DNA of 64,000 bases from Candidatus Thorarchaeota archaeon SMTZ1-45 (GCA_001563335.1 LRSL01000069.1:64001-128000); one strand, 5' to 3'. Numbered from the stretch's first letter, positions 10,282-21,109 are shown. Translations and numbers: made by a program. The notes: generated by a model not told the origin, from the letters alone.

Positions 10282-11025
10282 TTACATCTGAGGGTCAAAA
10301 GACCGAATCTCACGTACCAATTCCTCAGCAGTATCTATTTCTGATATACATAAAGGTAGATGTATGCTGTCAGCTATTCGTATAGCAAGTGAATCCAATT
10401 CTTTTATTCCTTGAAGTATAACCACTGCGGGTTTTACTGCAGCAGAGGTCCCAATCTGACTAGCTTTGATGGCTACCATTGGGGAACGCCCTGTTGTAAC
10501 ATTTGTAAGAATGGCTCCCCGCTGAGTTGTTCCACCATATAGTCGGAGAAGCTGTTGGGGAGTTAGGCTAACAATGGCCTTTATGCTATCAAGAGCTGTA
10601 TAGCCATAGATGTCTCTATCGAGCAAATTTCGATGAGTAAGAACTTTGCAGTTAAGATGTTCTACAAGTAACCTTGCGGGTATTGGAAATCCGAATTCAC
10701 GACTATCAAGAATAGCATCCGAAGCGATTTCGGGGGCGATTAGTTTCTCAAGTGCCATAGCTACTCGCCCACCATCAGAAGCATCCATCTCAATTAACCC
10801 TTCGACAAACCGTTTAATGGTCTCAACTCGGGGTGATTTCCGTCTACCACTTTCATAATCACTTATGACTGAAGGCGATACATTGAGATACTTAGCGAGA
10901 TTCTTCTGAGAGATATGAAATCTTTCGCGCCATCGTCGCATAACAGCGCCAGGATCATTCTCAGCGAGGCATATCTCACCAGCCATTGCTTCTGCTAACC
11001 TCCGGAGAGCCTCACTACTGTCCAT
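10282..11025 (-). CDS. XRE-HTH transcriptional regulator (archaeal COG1709 type)
   Basis: WRERFHISQKNLAKYLNVSPSVISDYESGRRKSP, YGYTALDSIKAI, GRSPMVAIK; start moved to ATG 11025. Confidence 0.85.
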   Translation of the reverse strand: MDSSEALRRLAEAMAGEICLAENDPGAVMRRWRERFHISQKNLAKYLNVSPSVISDYESGRRKSPRVETIKRFVEGLIEMDASDGGRVAMALEKLIAPEIASDAILDSREFGFPIPARLLVEHLNCKVLTHRNLLDRDIYGYTALDSIKAIVSLTPQQLLRLYGGTTQRGAILTNVTTGRSPMVAIKASQIGTSAAVKPAVVILQGIKELDSLAIRIADSIHLPLCISEIDTAEELVREIRSFDPQM

Positions 11026-11177
11026 AATATGTCTGCCCTTTGAAATCGCTATAAGAGTTGCGTAGACCCTAATTTGAGCCTTCTTCAATAAGGATAAAGA
11101 GGATAGATTTGTGTAAAATTGGAATCGTACCGAAGAACTCAAAGAGGTTGATTTGACACTTCTTGTTGGTACTATAG

Positions 11178-11942
11178 ATGTATTTCACATTCATTGTTGG
11201 TACAGCAGGCTCAGGTAAGTCCTTGCTAACTGCATCGCTTGAGAAATGGTTAGTTGGCTCGGATTTGAGTGTGACTGTAGTTAATCTCGATCCTGGTGTG
11301 GATTCTCCCCCCTATACAAGTGATGTTGATATTAGAGAATATGTCGATTATGGAGAAGTCATGAGCTCATTTGGATTAGGCCCAAATGGAGCTCTTGTAG
11401 CTTCGTTGGACATGGCTGTAAGTAAGGTCAATGATATTAGGGATGAGATTATCGATACTGACCGAGATTATGTACTTGTAGACTGCCCAGGTCAAATGGA
11501 GCTTTTTGCGTATCGTAACTCTGGACCTTTAATGGTATCAAGTTTGAGAGGTGATGATCCAGCACTTTCGCTATATTTACTCGATTCTAATATAGCCCGT
11601 ACTCCCACAGGTTATCTCTCATCAACACTCCTAGGGATTTCAATAAGTATTCGTTTTGACCTTCCACAATTGAATGTCTTAAGCAAACCAGATATTCTGA
11701 CTGAGAAGGAGGTAGAGGAAATTGTGGAATGGGGTTCGGAGTTCTATTTACTTGAAGAAGCTCTCGAATCATCATCGGAAGGATTGCGGAGAGAATACTC
11801 ACGGTCCGTTTTGGATATGCTTGAATCACTAGACACAGCTACCGCAAGTGTGCCTGTTTCAGCAAAAGAAATGACTGGAATCGATATATTGTATGGAGAG
11901 ATGCAACGCATCTTTGCAGGTGGCGATAATCTATACGAGTGA
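11178..11942 (+). CDS. GPN-loop GTPase
   Basis: GTAGSGKS, NLDPG, LGPNG, DCPGQMELF. Confidence 0.93.
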   Translation: MYFTFIVGTAGSGKSLLTASLEKWLVGSDLSVTVVNLDPGVDSPPYTSDVDIREYVDYGEVMSSFGLGPNGALVASLDMAVSKVNDIRDEIIDTDRDYVLVDCPGQMELFAYRNSGPLMVSSLRGDDPALSLYLLDSNIARTPTGYLSSTLLGISISIRFDLPQLNVLSKPDILTEKEVEEIVEWGSEFYLLEEALESSSEGLRREYSRSVLDMLESLDTATASVPVSAKEMTGIDILYGEMQRIFAGGDNLYE

Positions 11943-11949
11943 TGACTAT

Positions 11950-12975
11950 TTGAGTAAGTATTTTGTCTATATATCTGGTGAGTACATTAGCGCAGCCAAA
12001 GCAGAAATCGATACATTAACTCGTTTATCAGACTGTAATACTTCAGTTCATTGGGATGGACGAATTGGTCTTGTAGATTCTCAAAAAAATTTGACTCCAT
12101 TTTTCCTTGAGAGAGCGGCATTGGTTAAGGAGGCTGGAGTTCTACTTTCAGAAACAGATTTGCACGATGATTTGTTTGATCGTTTATCTGATGATATTTT
12201 GATAGATAATATCAGACCAGGTGAAACATTCTCAGTGAGAACTATCTCAGAGAATGGAGAGTTATCAATAAACGATCGGTTAGCTTTTGAAAGTAGTCTT
12301 GGTGAACATATCAAACAGGTTGCTGGTGCGAAAGTGCATCTAGACAACCCTCAGGCTCGTATTCTTGTTGTATTCACGCGAAAATGTATTCGAGTTTGCA
12401 AGTCTTATGCTTCAATTCTAAGACCTATGTTGAGAGATAGAGCACCAGGAAGAAAACCTTTCTTTCATCCTAGTATGATGAATGCCACTCTAGCTAGAGT
12501 GATGTGTAATCTTGCAGGTGTCATGCCGCAAGAGGTTGTGCTCGATCCATTTTGCGGAGGTGGTGGCATTCTATGCGAAGCGGCCTTTATAGGTGCGAGA
12601 ACTGTTGGCATCGATTTGAATTGGCGGTTGTTAAAAGGAAGTAAATTGAATCTTTCATCAGTTGGAAGTAGCTTTAATGTCATTCAAGGAGATGTTCGTG
12701 ATTTGCCAGTTAATGGATGTGATTGTATAGTAACTGATCCACCGTATGGAAGAGCAAGTTCAACGAGAGGTGCTCAGGCTATTTTGCTTGTCGAAGATCT
12801 TTTTGAAAAAGCTGATTCTATTCTTCGTCGCCGAGAAGGGAGTATATGTATTTGTGGGAGTAGTGACATGAAGCTTCAAAATTTAGCAGAGAGTAAAGGA
12901 CTTACGGTGAGTCAAGTTATTCGATTTAGAGTTCATAGAGGATTAGTAAGGGAAATCCTCACACTTGGAGTTTAA
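11950..12975 (+). CDS. trm11: tRNA m2G10 methyltransferase (THUMP + Rossmann, Trm11/TrmG10)
   Basis: PFFHPSMM, LDPFCGGGG, TDPPYG; start moved to TTG 11950. Confidence 0.85.
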   Translation: MSKYFVYISGEYISAAKAEIDTLTRLSDCNTSVHWDGRIGLVDSQKNLTPFFLERAALVKEAGVLLSETDLHDDLFDRLSDDILIDNIRPGETFSVRTISENGELSINDRLAFESSLGEHIKQVAGAKVHLDNPQARILVVFTRKCIRVCKSYASILRPMLRDRAPGRKPFFHPSMMNATLARVMCNLAGVMPQEVVLDPFCGGGGILCEAAFIGARTVGIDLNWRLLKGSKLNLSSVGSSFNVIQGDVRDLPVNGCDCIVTDPPYGRASSTRGAQAILLVEDLFEKADSILRRREGSICICGSSDMKLQNLAESKGLTVSQVIRFRVHRGLVREILTLGV

Positions 12976-13397
12976 TAGTTGATGATTTTGCCATTTTTTG
13001 TTAGAGGGGTGAACCAATTAATAAAATCATCAAATTCTGATTCGGAGTCAAAAGAAATTATAATTTCAATACTACCCAAGGGTGGCAATTCTTGATCGTC
13101 ATCAATAATCCGCGTTTTTCTAGCAAAGGCAGCTTGTTTATCAAAGTAGATTTTAGTGGAGGTTCCATTCCAGTTTAATCTCAATCGCTTTCGAGCGGCA
13201 TCAATAATTCTTGTTTCATGGATAGTCTGACGTACGAGATTTAGTATGTCTTGGTTCTTTGATGATAGGGATATCTCTTGGATATGATCACTATCCATAA
13301 TTGTCAAATCAGACCTACCTAGAAGATTCTCAAGACCTTTTGTAACTTTATTAGCATCTTCTGTAGGATTTACTGGACATATTATAAGAACTTCCAT
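12972..13397 (-). CDS. DUF54/UPF0201 RNA-binding protein
   Basis: VNPTEDANKV, IIDAAR, KQAAF, PLGSI, WFTP. Confidence 0.85.
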   Translation of the reverse strand: MEVLIICPVNPTEDANKVTKGLENLLGRSDLTIMDSDHIQEISLSSKNQDILNLVRQTIHETRIIDAARKRLRLNWNGTSTKIYFDKQAAFARKTRIIDDDQELPPLGSIEIIISFDSESEFDDFINWFTPLTKNGKIINY

Positions 13398-13398
13398 C

Positions 13399-13938
13399 TC
13401 ATGTTAACCTCTTCACTAATTCTTTGGATTGTTCTTGGAATTCAAAGATTGTACCTTCATTCACAAGCATGATATCACTTAGTGCAATCACCCCTCCGAG
13501 ACCTACTGAAATTTCCCTGATATCACGTTCGCGGAATACTTCCCAACTAGGAGGCGCATCCTCACGATTCCTTTCACGGAGTCTTTTGTAACGCTCTTTT
13601 GGAGAAGCATGAACACAGACAATTACAACAGAGTCAGCACAATCATCGAATACATCGATTTCGGCGATGCTCCTGCATCCCTCTATAACGATTATCTCAG
13701 ATTCAAGTTTCTTTAATTCATTCATACAGAATAGAGCTATTGCACCAGCACCTTTTGTTTCCCGAAGTTCCAGCATGACCTTTTTGGTGTTTGCTGGATT
13801 TGGTTCAAGGCCACGTTTACGAGTTTCTTCACGAATCACATCACCCATCACGATTACTGGAATACCAGCATCATGGAATGCTTGAGCAACTCCACTTTTT
13901 CCTGCACCAGGCATACCAGTCACAATAACCAATTTCAT
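13399..13938 (-). CDS. UPF0200 P-loop nucleotide kinase (dephospho-CoA kinase-like)
   Basis: VTGMPGAGKS, MGDVIRE, IEGCRS, ERDIREISVG. Confidence 0.85.
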   Translation of the reverse strand: MKLVIVTGMPGAGKSGVAQAFHDAGIPVIVMGDVIREETRKRGLEPNPANTKKVMLELRETKGAGAIALFCMNELKKLESEIIVIEGCRSIAEIDVFDDCADSVVIVCVHASPKERYKRLRERNREDAPPSWEVFRERDIREISVGLGGVIALSDIMLVNEGTIFEFQEQSKELVKRLT

Positions 13939-14111
13939 TTTTCACACCAAGAGTCTTATAGCTCTATCATGTAATTAGGAAACACCTTGATTTGATAGGT
14001 ATAATTATACCCTCGTTTCGTAATTGCCCTTTAAGAATTCACTTAGAACCGCCTAGCGTCATTGTAATATTGTGGATGTACTATTGTTATTCACCTCTGG
14101 AAGTGTTAAAC

Positions 14112-14672
14112 GTGAGTTCTGTTGTCCGAGCTTTCTTGAGTATCAATATAGAAGATCAGTTGTTGTTATCTAAAATTCAAAATATACAGGGAACACTAGA
14201 CTTGACAGCTGCTAAGATGAAGATTATAAAGAGTGAGGATATCCATTTTACCTTACGTTTTTTTGGTGATACTCCACTCTCAAGATTAAATCAGATTCAG
14301 GCATGTCTTGATAGAATCAAGATTGATCCCTTTGAGATTGAAGTTGCGGGGATTGGATCATTTCCCAACAATAGACGACCAAGAATCATTTGGATTGGAG
14401 TCACCAAAAACGCATCTGAGATTCTTAAGCTAAAGAATGAGATTGACTCTTCATTGATTGAGATTGGTTATCAGCCAGAGAAGAAAAAGTACACTCCTCA
14501 CGCGACCATTGCCAGAGTCCGTTATGTCAAAGATTCAAAACGAATTAATGAAAATTTGGAAAATCTAGCTGAGGAAGTACTAGGAGAAATGACTGTCATG
14601 AGAGTTAAAATGATGAAGAGCACTTTAGCGCCCTCAGGGCCCATTTACGAGTGTCTATGGGAAATTGGATGA
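14112..14672 (+). CDS. thpR: RNA 2',3'-cyclic phosphodiesterase (2H family)
   Basis: HFTL and HATI 2H motifs, GPIY; start moved to GTG 14112. Confidence 0.92.
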   Translation: MSSVVRAFLSINIEDQLLLSKIQNIQGTLDLTAAKMKIIKSEDIHFTLRFFGDTPLSRLNQIQACLDRIKIDPFEIEVAGIGSFPNNRRPRIIWIGVTKNASEILKLKNEIDSSLIEIGYQPEKKKYTPHATIARVRYVKDSKRINENLENLAEEVLGEMTVMRVKMMKSTLAPSGPIYECLWEIG

Positions 14673-14687
14673 AAAATTTGAATATAA

Positions 14688-14827
14688 TGGTGGGCCGGGG
14701 GAGACTTGTTCCGGTTTGGGGAGATCCCAAATCGTTTGAACTCCCGATCTCTTGCATTTTGTGACTTGAGGTTTGGGTTCCTCAAGTCGCCCCAAGCAAG
14801 AATCATACCAAGCTAGACTACCGACCC
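14688..14827 (-). tRNA. tRNA-Pro(GGG) with two introns: 37/38 (14757-14789) and 58/59 (14706-14735); CCA encoded
   Basis: Reverse complement: GGGTCGG TA GTCT...CTTGC TT GGG G|33 nt|T GCAAG AGATC GGGAG TTCAA|30 nt|GT CTCCC CCGGCCC ACCA; both introns form BHB-type hairpins. Confidence 0.9.
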
Positions 14828-14921
14828 TTGCAACATGAGATTGGGGTGACTCATGATTACGGATGCGATGTTTTGGACTAAAGATAAACATTACCACTAT
14901 TTGATAGATTTATGAAATATT

Positions 14922-14937
14922 TGGAACACGTGTTCTG
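14922..14937. promoter_or_regulatory. palindrome GAACACGTGTTC (copy of the origin-associated motif) in the divergent tRNA-Pro/HDAC promoter region
   Basis: TGGAACACGTGTTCTG; same core occurs four times at 48.5-49.2 kb. Confidence 0.6.
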
Positions 14938-15031
14938 TTTCTTTTCAACTTCTTCTTATCAATGATTCAAACTTATCAATAGCTTCATAATTCTCGTATG
15001 TGTTGGAATTGAAAATGGGGATGACAGTATA

Positions 15032-16081
15032 ATGGTCACTGATCTGGTATACCACGATATTTTTGTTGAACATGTGATGTCTCCAGGTCATCCAGAGAGC
15101 CCAGAACGGCTGAGAAGTGCTTTGAATTCAATCAGATCTGCGGGTTTACTGGATAGTCAAAAAGTGAATCTCCTGACTCCAAATAGAGCCCCTCTAAGTG
15201 AGGTGTATCTTCTTCATGGTAAGGAGTATCTTGAGGGAATAAAAGAAAAGTCAGAGAAAGGTGGGGGGATTTACACAATGGATACTTCAGTCAATTCATA
15301 CACATATGATGCAGCATTATACGCTGCTGGTGGAGGAATAGATGCAGTTGATAGGGTAATGCATGGAGATGCTGAGAACGCATTTGTATTGTGCAGACCG
15401 CCTGGTCATCATGCTGAATATGAAAAGGCTTTTGGGTTTTGTTTTATCAATAATGTAGCTATAGCAGCCAAGCATCTTTTGGAAAAGCATGCAGTTGAAC
15501 GTGTATTGATAGTTGATTATGATGCCCACCATGGAAATGGCACACAACGCAGTTTTTACTCTTCTAAAGATGTGTTTTACGTGGGACTTCATCAGGATGG
15601 GAGAACCTTATTCCCGGGATCTGGTTTTCCAAATGAGATTGGAATGGGTGAAGGAGTAGGTTATACAATAAATTTGGCAATGTATCCAGGAGCAGGAGAT
15701 TATTCCTATAATCGGGCGTTTTCTCAGGTGGTTGAGCCTATAGCAGAGTCTTACAATCCAGATTTCATACTTGTGTCAGTTGGTTATGATGGGCATTTTA
15801 TGGATCCCTTGACTAATCTTGGGCTTACAACAGCTGGCTTTGCAATGATGAATACCAAGCTGAAGCAGATAGCTAACTCATATGCTGATGGAAGAATAGT
15901 ATGTTTTCTTGAGGGAGGTTATAATCTTGAAGTCATGGGTATGTGTTCGTTGAATCTTCTTCAGGAGCTGATGGGTATAGATGTCACTTCATTTGATGAT
16001 AAGTATAATGAGAGCAATATTGTAAGTGACTATACAGAGAAACTAATTGAGAAGATTATCACAGACTCGCCTCTGCTATAA
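15032..16081 (+). CDS. histone deacetylase-family (class II/AcuC-like) deacetylase
   Basis: HPESPERL, RPPGHHA, GFCFINN, DYDAHHGNGTQ, FPGSG, LEGGY. Confidence 0.93.
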   Translation: MVTDLVYHDIFVEHVMSPGHPESPERLRSALNSIRSAGLLDSQKVNLLTPNRAPLSEVYLLHGKEYLEGIKEKSEKGGGIYTMDTSVNSYTYDAALYAAGGGIDAVDRVMHGDAENAFVLCRPPGHHAEYEKAFGFCFINNVAIAAKHLLEKHAVERVLIVDYDAHHGNGTQRSFYSSKDVFYVGLHQDGRTLFPGSGFPNEIGMGEGVGYTINLAMYPGAGDYSYNRAFSQVVEPIAESYNPDFILVSVGYDGHFMDPLTNLGLTTAGFAMMNTKLKQIANSYADGRIVCFLEGGYNLEVMGMCSLNLLQELMGIDVTSFDDKYNESNIVSDYTEKLIEKIITDSPLL

Positions 16082-16084
16082 TGA

Positions 16085-18334
16085 TTACTCACCAAAATCT
16101 TCCAACAGTGTTTGAATTGAGTCTATGTCATCATCCTCAACTGAATCTTCAATATCAGTGGTTGTTAGTTTTATATCGATACCTAGCTGTTTCTTAATTG
16201 ACTCTGCTATTGAAGTGCCAATAGTAGGAATTCTTGCTAATTCTTCTATTGGAACTTGATATAGATCAGCCAAGTTGACCAATCTATGATTGTGAAGCAT
16301 TCTACCTCTTACTCGTCCAATTCCCTTGAGACTTACAAGTTCTAGAATATCTGAACGAACTCCATGACGAAGACGCAATCTAAGATTTCTGAGAAATGGA
16401 ATATGGCTGACTGCATTGGATATTCTGGAGATTTCTAATGCTGCATATGTCAACCATTCTGCAGATTGTACAAATCGATGAACATCACCCATACCAACAT
16501 TGTATTTTTCTGTAATATCTCTCTCAGTTTTTTCAGAGATCCAATCTTGAAGCAGCAAAGCAGTCTTTACCTGAGCTAGAAATTCTAAGTAAGTGCGAGG
16601 ACTTTCTTCGATAGGTGGTTCAATCATAAGTTCATCAAGATGATCATCTACGGTAATTTCATACTCTTCAGCTTCGGATCTTGTCACATATGATAATGGT
16701 TGGTCTGGAGTATGGCATAATAGATGTAGAATACCAATCATGCTATGGTGGTCTGTTTCAGACAACACATCACGAAATAATATTGCTGTATAGGGGTCAA
16801 TGTATAACTGGGAGGTTCTTCTTCCAATCAGTGTGGCTGTATAGGAACCATCAGAGCTTGTTTCGATTAGACCACCTTCCTCAAGAAAACCTAAAGCGGA
16901 TGAAACATGTTGATTAATCTCCCATTGGTCAAATTGATGTGAGAAGAACGTACCTCCTATTAGAGAGTCTATCTCTTCACGGTTTCTCGTCATTTCTGTG
17001 GCAATAGATGCTAGAAGATGAGCACGAACTGCACGCGGAGAGGCCAATTTAGAGGTGATTTCTTCAGGCTCTGATAGGGTGTAGTTGTCAATAAGAAAAT
17101 CATGTTCAGGTTCGGTCCGGGCTATTAGTACAGCTTCTCCATATTTATCATATTTCGGTCGACCAGCTCTTCCAGCCATCTGTTTGTATTCTAGAACTGG
17201 AATGGGATAGCTACCACGGTCCGTTTCAAAACGTCTGTAATCACGAACAATTACACGTCTTGAGGGAAGATTCACCCCAGCTGCTAAAGTTGGAGTCGCA
17301 ACAATCACTTTCAACATATTTTCTTTGAAGTAGTCCTCAACAAGTGTACGTTCTTGATTATCAAGACCTGCATGGTGAAAAGCAGCTCCATTCGCTATAA
17401 GTCGTGCAAGTATTTTAGAAGACTCTGGTGCTGATGGGGTCCTTCCAATTTTACTTGCCCCTTTAGATAGCTGTAATATTATATCATCAGGGATATATCT
17501 TCTGAGAAAGGGTGCGAGTTTCTTTGCAACAGTAACGGTTGATCGACGACTTGATACAAAGACAAGGACTTGACCATTTTCGTCAAGTGTGTCACAGACA
17601 ACATCAGCTAATTCATCTCTTCGGGTCCTATTGATATTTCGAAAGCTGTTCTTTCCGTCTTTAAAGAAATTAATTCGCCCATCCAAGTAAACCCCTTCAC
17701 TTAGAGGTACAGGTCTCCAAGTATCTCTAACAAGCTCAGCACCAAGCCACTCAGCAATCTGATTGGCATTTGAGATTGTTGCACTAAGAGCAATAATCTG
17801 AATGTGTTTTATGATTTGAATGAGCTTGGCTAATACCATCTCAAGTGTAGGGCCTCTTTTGGGGTCATTAATGAGATGAATCTCATCTGCAACAACAATT
17901 CCAATATCATTGATCCATTCAGCTTTATGACGGACCAACGAATCAGCCCGTTCAGTTGTCACTATCACAATGTCTGAATCATGTAGACGTCTTCCAGGGG
18001 AATCATAGTCACCTATCGACATTGAGGTTGTAATGCCTAGTGACTCGTATTTCTTAAACTCTATATATTTCTCACGAGCAAGAGATTTCAGCGGCACAAG
18101 ATAGAGCGCTTTCCCGCGGCCATCAAGTATTGTTTTGAGCATACAAATTTCGGCAACTAACGTTTTTCCTGAACTGGTGGGTATTGCAAGAACAAGGTTC
18201 TTTCCATCAAGGACTCCTGTTTTGAATGCAATGATTTGGGGTGGAAAAAGCTCTGATATTCCTTGGACCTGAAGATGTTTGATTATTTTGCTGTTGATAT
18301 CAAGCTTGTCAAGTCGAATATTACTCCACTCCAA
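16085..18334 (-). CDS. hel308: Hel308/Hjm Ski2-like DNA helicase
   Basis: PTSSGKT, DEIH, SAT, TLAAGVNLP, QMAGRAGR, C-terminal HhH (GIGRVRGR). Confidence 0.92.
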   Translation of the reverse strand: MEWSNIRLDKLDINSKIIKHLQVQGISELFPPQIIAFKTGVLDGKNLVLAIPTSSGKTLVAEICMLKTILDGRGKALYLVPLKSLAREKYIEFKKYESLGITTSMSIGDYDSPGRRLHDSDIVIVTTERADSLVRHKAEWINDIGIVVADEIHLINDPKRGPTLEMVLAKLIQIIKHIQIIALSATISNANQIAEWLGAELVRDTWRPVPLSEGVYLDGRINFFKDGKNSFRNINRTRRDELADVVCDTLDENGQVLVFVSSRRSTVTVAKKLAPFLRRYIPDDIILQLSKGASKIGRTPSAPESSKILARLIANGAAFHHAGLDNQERTLVEDYFKENMLKVIVATPTLAAGVNLPSRRVIVRDYRRFETDRGSYPIPVLEYKQMAGRAGRPKYDKYGEAVLIARTEPEHDFLIDNYTLSEPEEITSKLASPRAVRAHLLASIATEMTRNREEIDSLIGGTFFSHQFDQWEINQHVSSALGFLEEGGLIETSSDGSYTATLIGRRTSQLYIDPYTAILFRDVLSETDHHSMIGILHLLCHTPDQPLSYVTRSEAEEYEITVDDHLDELMIEPPIEESPRTYLEFLAQVKTALLLQDWISEKTERDITEKYNVGMGDVHRFVQSAEWLTYAALEISRISNAVSHIPFLRNLRLRLRHGVRSDILELVSLKGIGRVRGRMLHNHRLVNLADLYQVPIEELARIPTIGTSIAESIKKQLGIDIKLTTTDIEDSVEDDDIDSIQTLLEDFGE

Positions 18335-18364
18335 ATTTTACTGGCAATATTTGAGGGATCTAGA

Positions 18365-20431
18365 TCAGCTCTGAGAGTGTCTGATTTTGCCCTCGCGTGG
18401 ACTGTATAATATTCCTTCAGCCAACAGTTTCTCAATGACTTCTTCAGCTCTTTCACGAGGCAGTCCCATGGAAACTGCTCTCTGAATTAGGGCATCTTTA
18501 TTCACTGTCGAGGTTCCTTCAGACTCCATATCACGAATAGCTTTGATTATAATGTCTGAGGAACTTCGTTGTGATGCACTCATCTTAGAAACAAGACGGT
18601 CAATATCGATTTTTCCTGTTATTCGGTCAAGTGCCACCATACGAAGTGATTCTTCCATGAGTCGGACTGCTGATTGAGCATCCTCCTTAGTGACTTTGGA
18701 TTGCAACGCCATTCGAGCCCGAGCCTCTGATAAACGAACAAGTGATTCTAGCTGACGTGCTGTGATTGGAACTGGTGAAGCTCCACCTTCTGCACTCTTT
18801 CGTAGATCTACATAGAAATTCTCTATCACCTCTGCTGCCTCTGGTGATAGTTGTGGAATAACATAACGATTAGCATATCCAATATATTTCTTCAGAAAAT
18901 CAGGAGCGATAGGCGGCGTTGTGGTTTGATCTTGTGTCTTCTTCATCTGGTGCATATTAAGTATGAATTGTGCAAGCTCACGGTCTCTTGTGGCCTCTGG
19001 CGTATCAACTAATATCCAAATCAAATCAAACCTTGAGAGAATAGTGAATGGCAGTCTGATGTTATCTTGGACAGAGAGTGATGACTCATAACGTCCCAAA
19101 GTTGGGTTGGCGGCTGCAAGAATAGAGGTTCTTGCATTCAGAGTAGCGACAATTCCAGCTTTTGCAATACTCACTGTGTGTTGTTCCATGGCTTCGTGTA
19201 TTGCAGTTCGATCATTAGGGTCCATCTTGTCAAACTCGTCAATACATGTAATCCCTTGGTCAGACAAAACCAATGCTCCAGCCTCAAGGGTCATAGCACC
19301 AGATTCAGTATCATGAACTACAGCTGCTGTTAGCCCAGCTGCGGTGGTTCCCTTTCCGGAGGTGTAAAGTCCTCGTGCAGCAAGTCCCGCTACAAACTTT
19401 AGAATCTGACTTTTTCCTGTTCCGGGGTCTCCAACCATCAATATGTTTGATTTACCCCTAAGGCGAGTCCCATCAGGCAATGTCTTTCCAACGCCACCAA
19501 AAAGGAGGAGCGCAATTGATTCTTTGATGTGTTCATGACCGTGAATAGAAGGTGCTATTGATGCATTGATTCTTTCATGAACATATGGATCCTCAGCTAG
19601 CTCTTTGATTCGCTTCTCATCATCTTCTGATATCTCAAGTTGTTCATACTCTTTTTCTGATATCTCAATACCATTTGCTTCAATGAACACATTGAATGTG
19701 GCAAGCTTGCCTCCTCTTCTTGAGAAGTCAGGAGATGTTTGAAGTATACCAGTCACTTTGACCAATTCTCCAGGTCTGGAGATATCAACAATATCACCTT
19801 CAAGAATGACATCAACAGACCTAGGCATTTGTCCTGGAGGAAGTTCCTCGGGCGACTCTTGGATTCTAACTTTTTGCCAATCTTTGAATTGTGATTTCTG
19901 AGGAAGCAAACGCATGGGTGTTTTCTTTGTACAAACTGGGCACAACGCTGGTTCTGTATATCTTCCTTCTTCTTGGGGTTGTGGTATTTCTGCTTGACAA
20001 ATTCTACAGAGGAACATTGCTTGGACTAATAGTGGTTTGACCACACTTGCTCTCATCATGATTCCACTGATATGTATCAGCTTCCCGATATGACGCGACC
20101 TCAGAGCACGTAGTGCTATATGTTCAGGATAATTGACAAAGCGTGTTTTTATGAGGCTGACATCAAGACTAGCAACATAGTCCGGATCTTCGATACGCAG
20201 TACTGAAACTAGGGCATTATCTGTCATCTCCAAGAATTTCTGAGGATCTTCTGCTGCTAATGCCATGAACACATTATCGAAGCTGGTCAGGTCTTGAAAA
20301 TCGATGGTGAGGGATATTTCATCATTAATTGACATTTGTTGGATTCTCGACCAATAGGTCAAAGTTCCTTGTACATCTTTGTATGTTCTTAGGAACTCCT
20401 CGAATCTTTCCTGTTCATCATAACCGGACAT
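18365..20431 (-). CDS. mcm: MCM replicative helicase
   Basis: Zn finger CRIC/CPVC, GDPGTGKSQ, IDEFDKM, SRFD, ITARQLE; no intein visible. Confidence 0.97.
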   Translation of the reverse strand: MSGYDEQERFEEFLRTYKDVQGTLTYWSRIQQMSINDEISLTIDFQDLTSFDNVFMALAAEDPQKFLEMTDNALVSVLRIEDPDYVASLDVSLIKTRFVNYPEHIALRALRSRHIGKLIHISGIMMRASVVKPLLVQAMFLCRICQAEIPQPQEEGRYTEPALCPVCTKKTPMRLLPQKSQFKDWQKVRIQESPEELPPGQMPRSVDVILEGDIVDISRPGELVKVTGILQTSPDFSRRGGKLATFNVFIEANGIEISEKEYEQLEISEDDEKRIKELAEDPYVHERINASIAPSIHGHEHIKESIALLLFGGVGKTLPDGTRLRGKSNILMVGDPGTGKSQILKFVAGLAARGLYTSGKGTTAAGLTAAVVHDTESGAMTLEAGALVLSDQGITCIDEFDKMDPNDRTAIHEAMEQHTVSIAKAGIVATLNARTSILAAANPTLGRYESSLSVQDNIRLPFTILSRFDLIWILVDTPEATRDRELAQFILNMHQMKKTQDQTTTPPIAPDFLKKYIGYANRYVIPQLSPEAAEVIENFYVDLRKSAEGGASPVPITARQLESLVRLSEARARMALQSKVTKEDAQSAVRLMEESLRMVALDRITGKIDIDRLVSKMSASQRSSSDIIIKAIRDMESEGTSTVNKDALIQRAVSMGLPRERAEEVIEKLLAEGILYSPREGKIRHSQS

Positions 20432-20539
20432 TTCTGCTAGCCTCGATAATTATTAATTATTCATGAATACGTATTCTTCTATCAATATTCGATTTCTAGT
20501 TCTTCTTGATTTGTATTTAACGGCACTAATTCTAATTAC

Positions 20540-21109
20540 CTATTCCAGAATATTTTGGCGCCATCCGGAGAGCAAATCAATTAGCTCTTCACAGAGCCAT
20601 CTCTCTTCATAAGCCATTTGTTTTCTCTTCTCTTGATATGCTCCTGATTTAGCTACTCGAAGTATTTTTGATAATCGAGTTTCTACCAAAAAGGGAACCA
20701 TGCGTTGAAGTTTTTCGATTTCGTCATATTTTCTAGGGTCTATAGATGTTCTGTCACTCTGAAGTCGGAGTACTTTTCTGTTGAGAGCTGTGTAGAGATA
20801 TGGTTGAAATGTTTGTAGTTTATGAGGTTGTTTTTCTTCTTCTCGATAGAGGTTTTGAAGTCTTCTTAATGAGTCGTAGGCATCTTCAGGTACAATATCT
20901 ATGAAATCATATCTCATAAATCGCTCTATTGCCCAGTTAGGAAAACTTGCCCTGTCACCCTTCTTGAAAGGACCCATTTTATTTCCAGCCACAGTAACTT
21001 CAGGCATTGATTTTTGAAATATACATTCTCGGGTTTCATTGAGAAACATCATCTCAAAGCGATTCATCTCATCTTTTGCTTCACTACATATCTTCATGAG
21101 AAACCACAT
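20540..21109 (-). CDS. GINS subunit (Gins23/Psf2-Psf3-like)
   Basis: N-terminal B domain (GPFKKGDRASFPNW) then helical A domain (RLSKILR..EERWL); directly upstream of mcm. Confidence 0.75.
   Translation of the reverse strand: MWFLMKICSEAKDEMNRFEMMFLNETRECIFQKSMPEVTVAGNKMGPFKKGDRASFPNWAIERFMRYDFIDIVPEDAYDSLRRLQNLYREEEKQPHKLQTFQPYLYTALNRKVLRLQSDRTSIDPRKYDEIEKLQRMVPFLVETRLSKILRVAKSGAYQEKRKQMAYEERWLCEELIDLLSGWRQNILE

Noticed and set aside
14655-14897. 80-aa minus-strand ORF
   Set aside because: Overlaps the intron-containing tRNA-Pro
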